Assembly (NCBI GenBank): GCA_039801225.1
Contig: JBDRUH010000035.1
Location: 1-15,979, forward strand
Direction of reading: 5' to 3'
Origin: a candidate division WOR-3 bacterium
GTDB lineage: Bacteria > Hydrothermota > Tepidihabitantia > Tepidihabitantales > Tepidihabitantaceae
Length of the DNA: 15,979 nt
A model generated the notes under the pieces. The model was not told where the DNA came from. It saw only the letters and a list, made by a program, of their open reading frames with translations, and did no database searches. A program made the position numbers and the translations under genes. Numbering within the stretch: position 1 is the stretch's first letter; each line of letters starts with the position of its first letter. Positions 15,265 through 15,979 of this stretch are shown one piece after another.

Positions 15265-15978
15265 CTAATGGAGGACGACCATCTTCTCTTTCACAAAGAA
15301 ATCACCGGCACGGAAATAGCAGAAATAGACACCCTCAGCCGTGGGCAATTTACCTTTACCAACATCCCAGTTGAAATTATAAAAGCCCGGTGAACGCTTG
15401 CCATTCATCAGCACCTTGACAACTTCGCCGGCACTGTTTAAGACCTTAAGGTCAACATTTGTTTCTTGTGGCAGATAAAACCTGATATTGACACGGGATT
15501 TAACCGGATTGGGCTGGATTACGGCAAAAGGTTGGGATGGATGAGAGTTGAAGGTTTTTTCGGTTATTGCGCCTGGCTGCTTGATTTCAAAGACATCACT
15601 TTCGTCATAGGCTTCAGGATTGTCAACATTACTGATCTTCACCTTGCAGTTGGTGCTCGGGGTATTGGGAATGTCCCATCGGTAATAACCGTTGTTATTC
15701 GTATTTGTAATAATTGAACTCCAAGTCGCGCCGCCGTCGGTTGAATACTCAATCTTTGCATCGCTGAAGACACCAGTCCAGTTCCAGGTGATATAATACT
15801 CCCTGCCCACTATCCAGATATCATTTGCCCTTGGAGAAGTTACGGTTATTTCCTGCGCTGCGATGGCAAAGACATTACTTTCGCCATAGGCTTCAGGATT
15901 GTCAACATTACTGATTTTCACCTTGCAGTTGGTGCTCGGCGTATTGGGAATCGTCCATTCATACTGACCATCATTACC
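15265..15978 (-). CDS. C-terminal part of a large secreted protein with tandem ~93-aa Ig-like (Kre9/KNH-like) repeats and a T9SS/FlgD-like CTD; 5'-truncated by the window edge
   Basis: The frame is open to the window end. Repeat unit ITVTSP....W..G..Y.ITW...KIEYSTDGGATW..I...N.G.Y.W.IPNTPSTNCKVKI. CTD PNP...V.LKVLNSAGEVVK.L...WD...GVYF...KMVVLH. Confidence 0.85.
   Translation of the reverse strand, partial: GNDGQYEWTIPNTPSTNCKVKISNVDNPEAYGESNVFAIAAQEITVTSPRANDIWIVGREYYITWNWTGVFSDAKIEYSTDGGATWSSIITNTNNNGYYRWDIPNTPSTNCKVKISNVDNPEAYDESDVFEIKQPGAITEKTFNSHPSQPFAVIQPNPVKSRVNIRFYLPQETNVDLKVLNSAGEVVKVLMNGKRSPGFYNFNWDVGKGKLPTAEGVYFCYFRAGDFFVKEKMVVLH
15588..15951. repeat. Intragenic direct repeat: 85 bp at 15588-15672 and 15867-15951 (offset 279 bp = 93 codons)
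   Basis: Only 4 mismatches by eye. Encodes IPNTPSTNCKVKISNVDNPEAY(G/D)ES(N/D)VF twice. Confidence 0.85.
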
Positions 15979-15979
15979 G

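Noticed and set aside
15588..15951. Possible DGR template/variable repeat pair
   Set aside because: Mismatches are not adenine-specific, both copies are in frame within one gene, and no reverse transcriptase is in the window.

Overview
Bacterial chromosomal window of about 50% GC using the standard genetic code (TGA is a true stop in several genes). The T9SS-like C-terminal domains and gene style suggest an FCB-related lineage such as candidate division WOR-3; this is inference. The left part is housekeeping: a 5'-truncated GNAT-like gene, then a minus-strand operon holA-leuS-hypothetical-guaA, divergent from a Mut7-C RNase-hutH-like ammonia-lyase-ABC-2 exporter operon. The right part is an accessory cluster of secreted beta-propeller and Ig-like proteins with T9SS-type sorting domains. 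Inside it is the most striking feature, a stand-alone 122-aa gene (12291-12659, minus) that aligns by eye over its full length with the major capsid protein of archaeal filamentous viruses (SIRV2/Adnaviria fold). It has its own strong RBS, a structured 5' leader and a terminator, and no other viral genes are nearby. Other notable items are an in-frame TGA followed by a hairpin (possible selenocysteine or readthrough) in a frameshifted beta-propeller gene, an Ala-Cys-Gly rather than Ala-Ser-Gly MIO triad in the ammonia-lyase, a TMSSS variant of the KMSKS loop in LeuRS, and a GTAG-type REP doublet.
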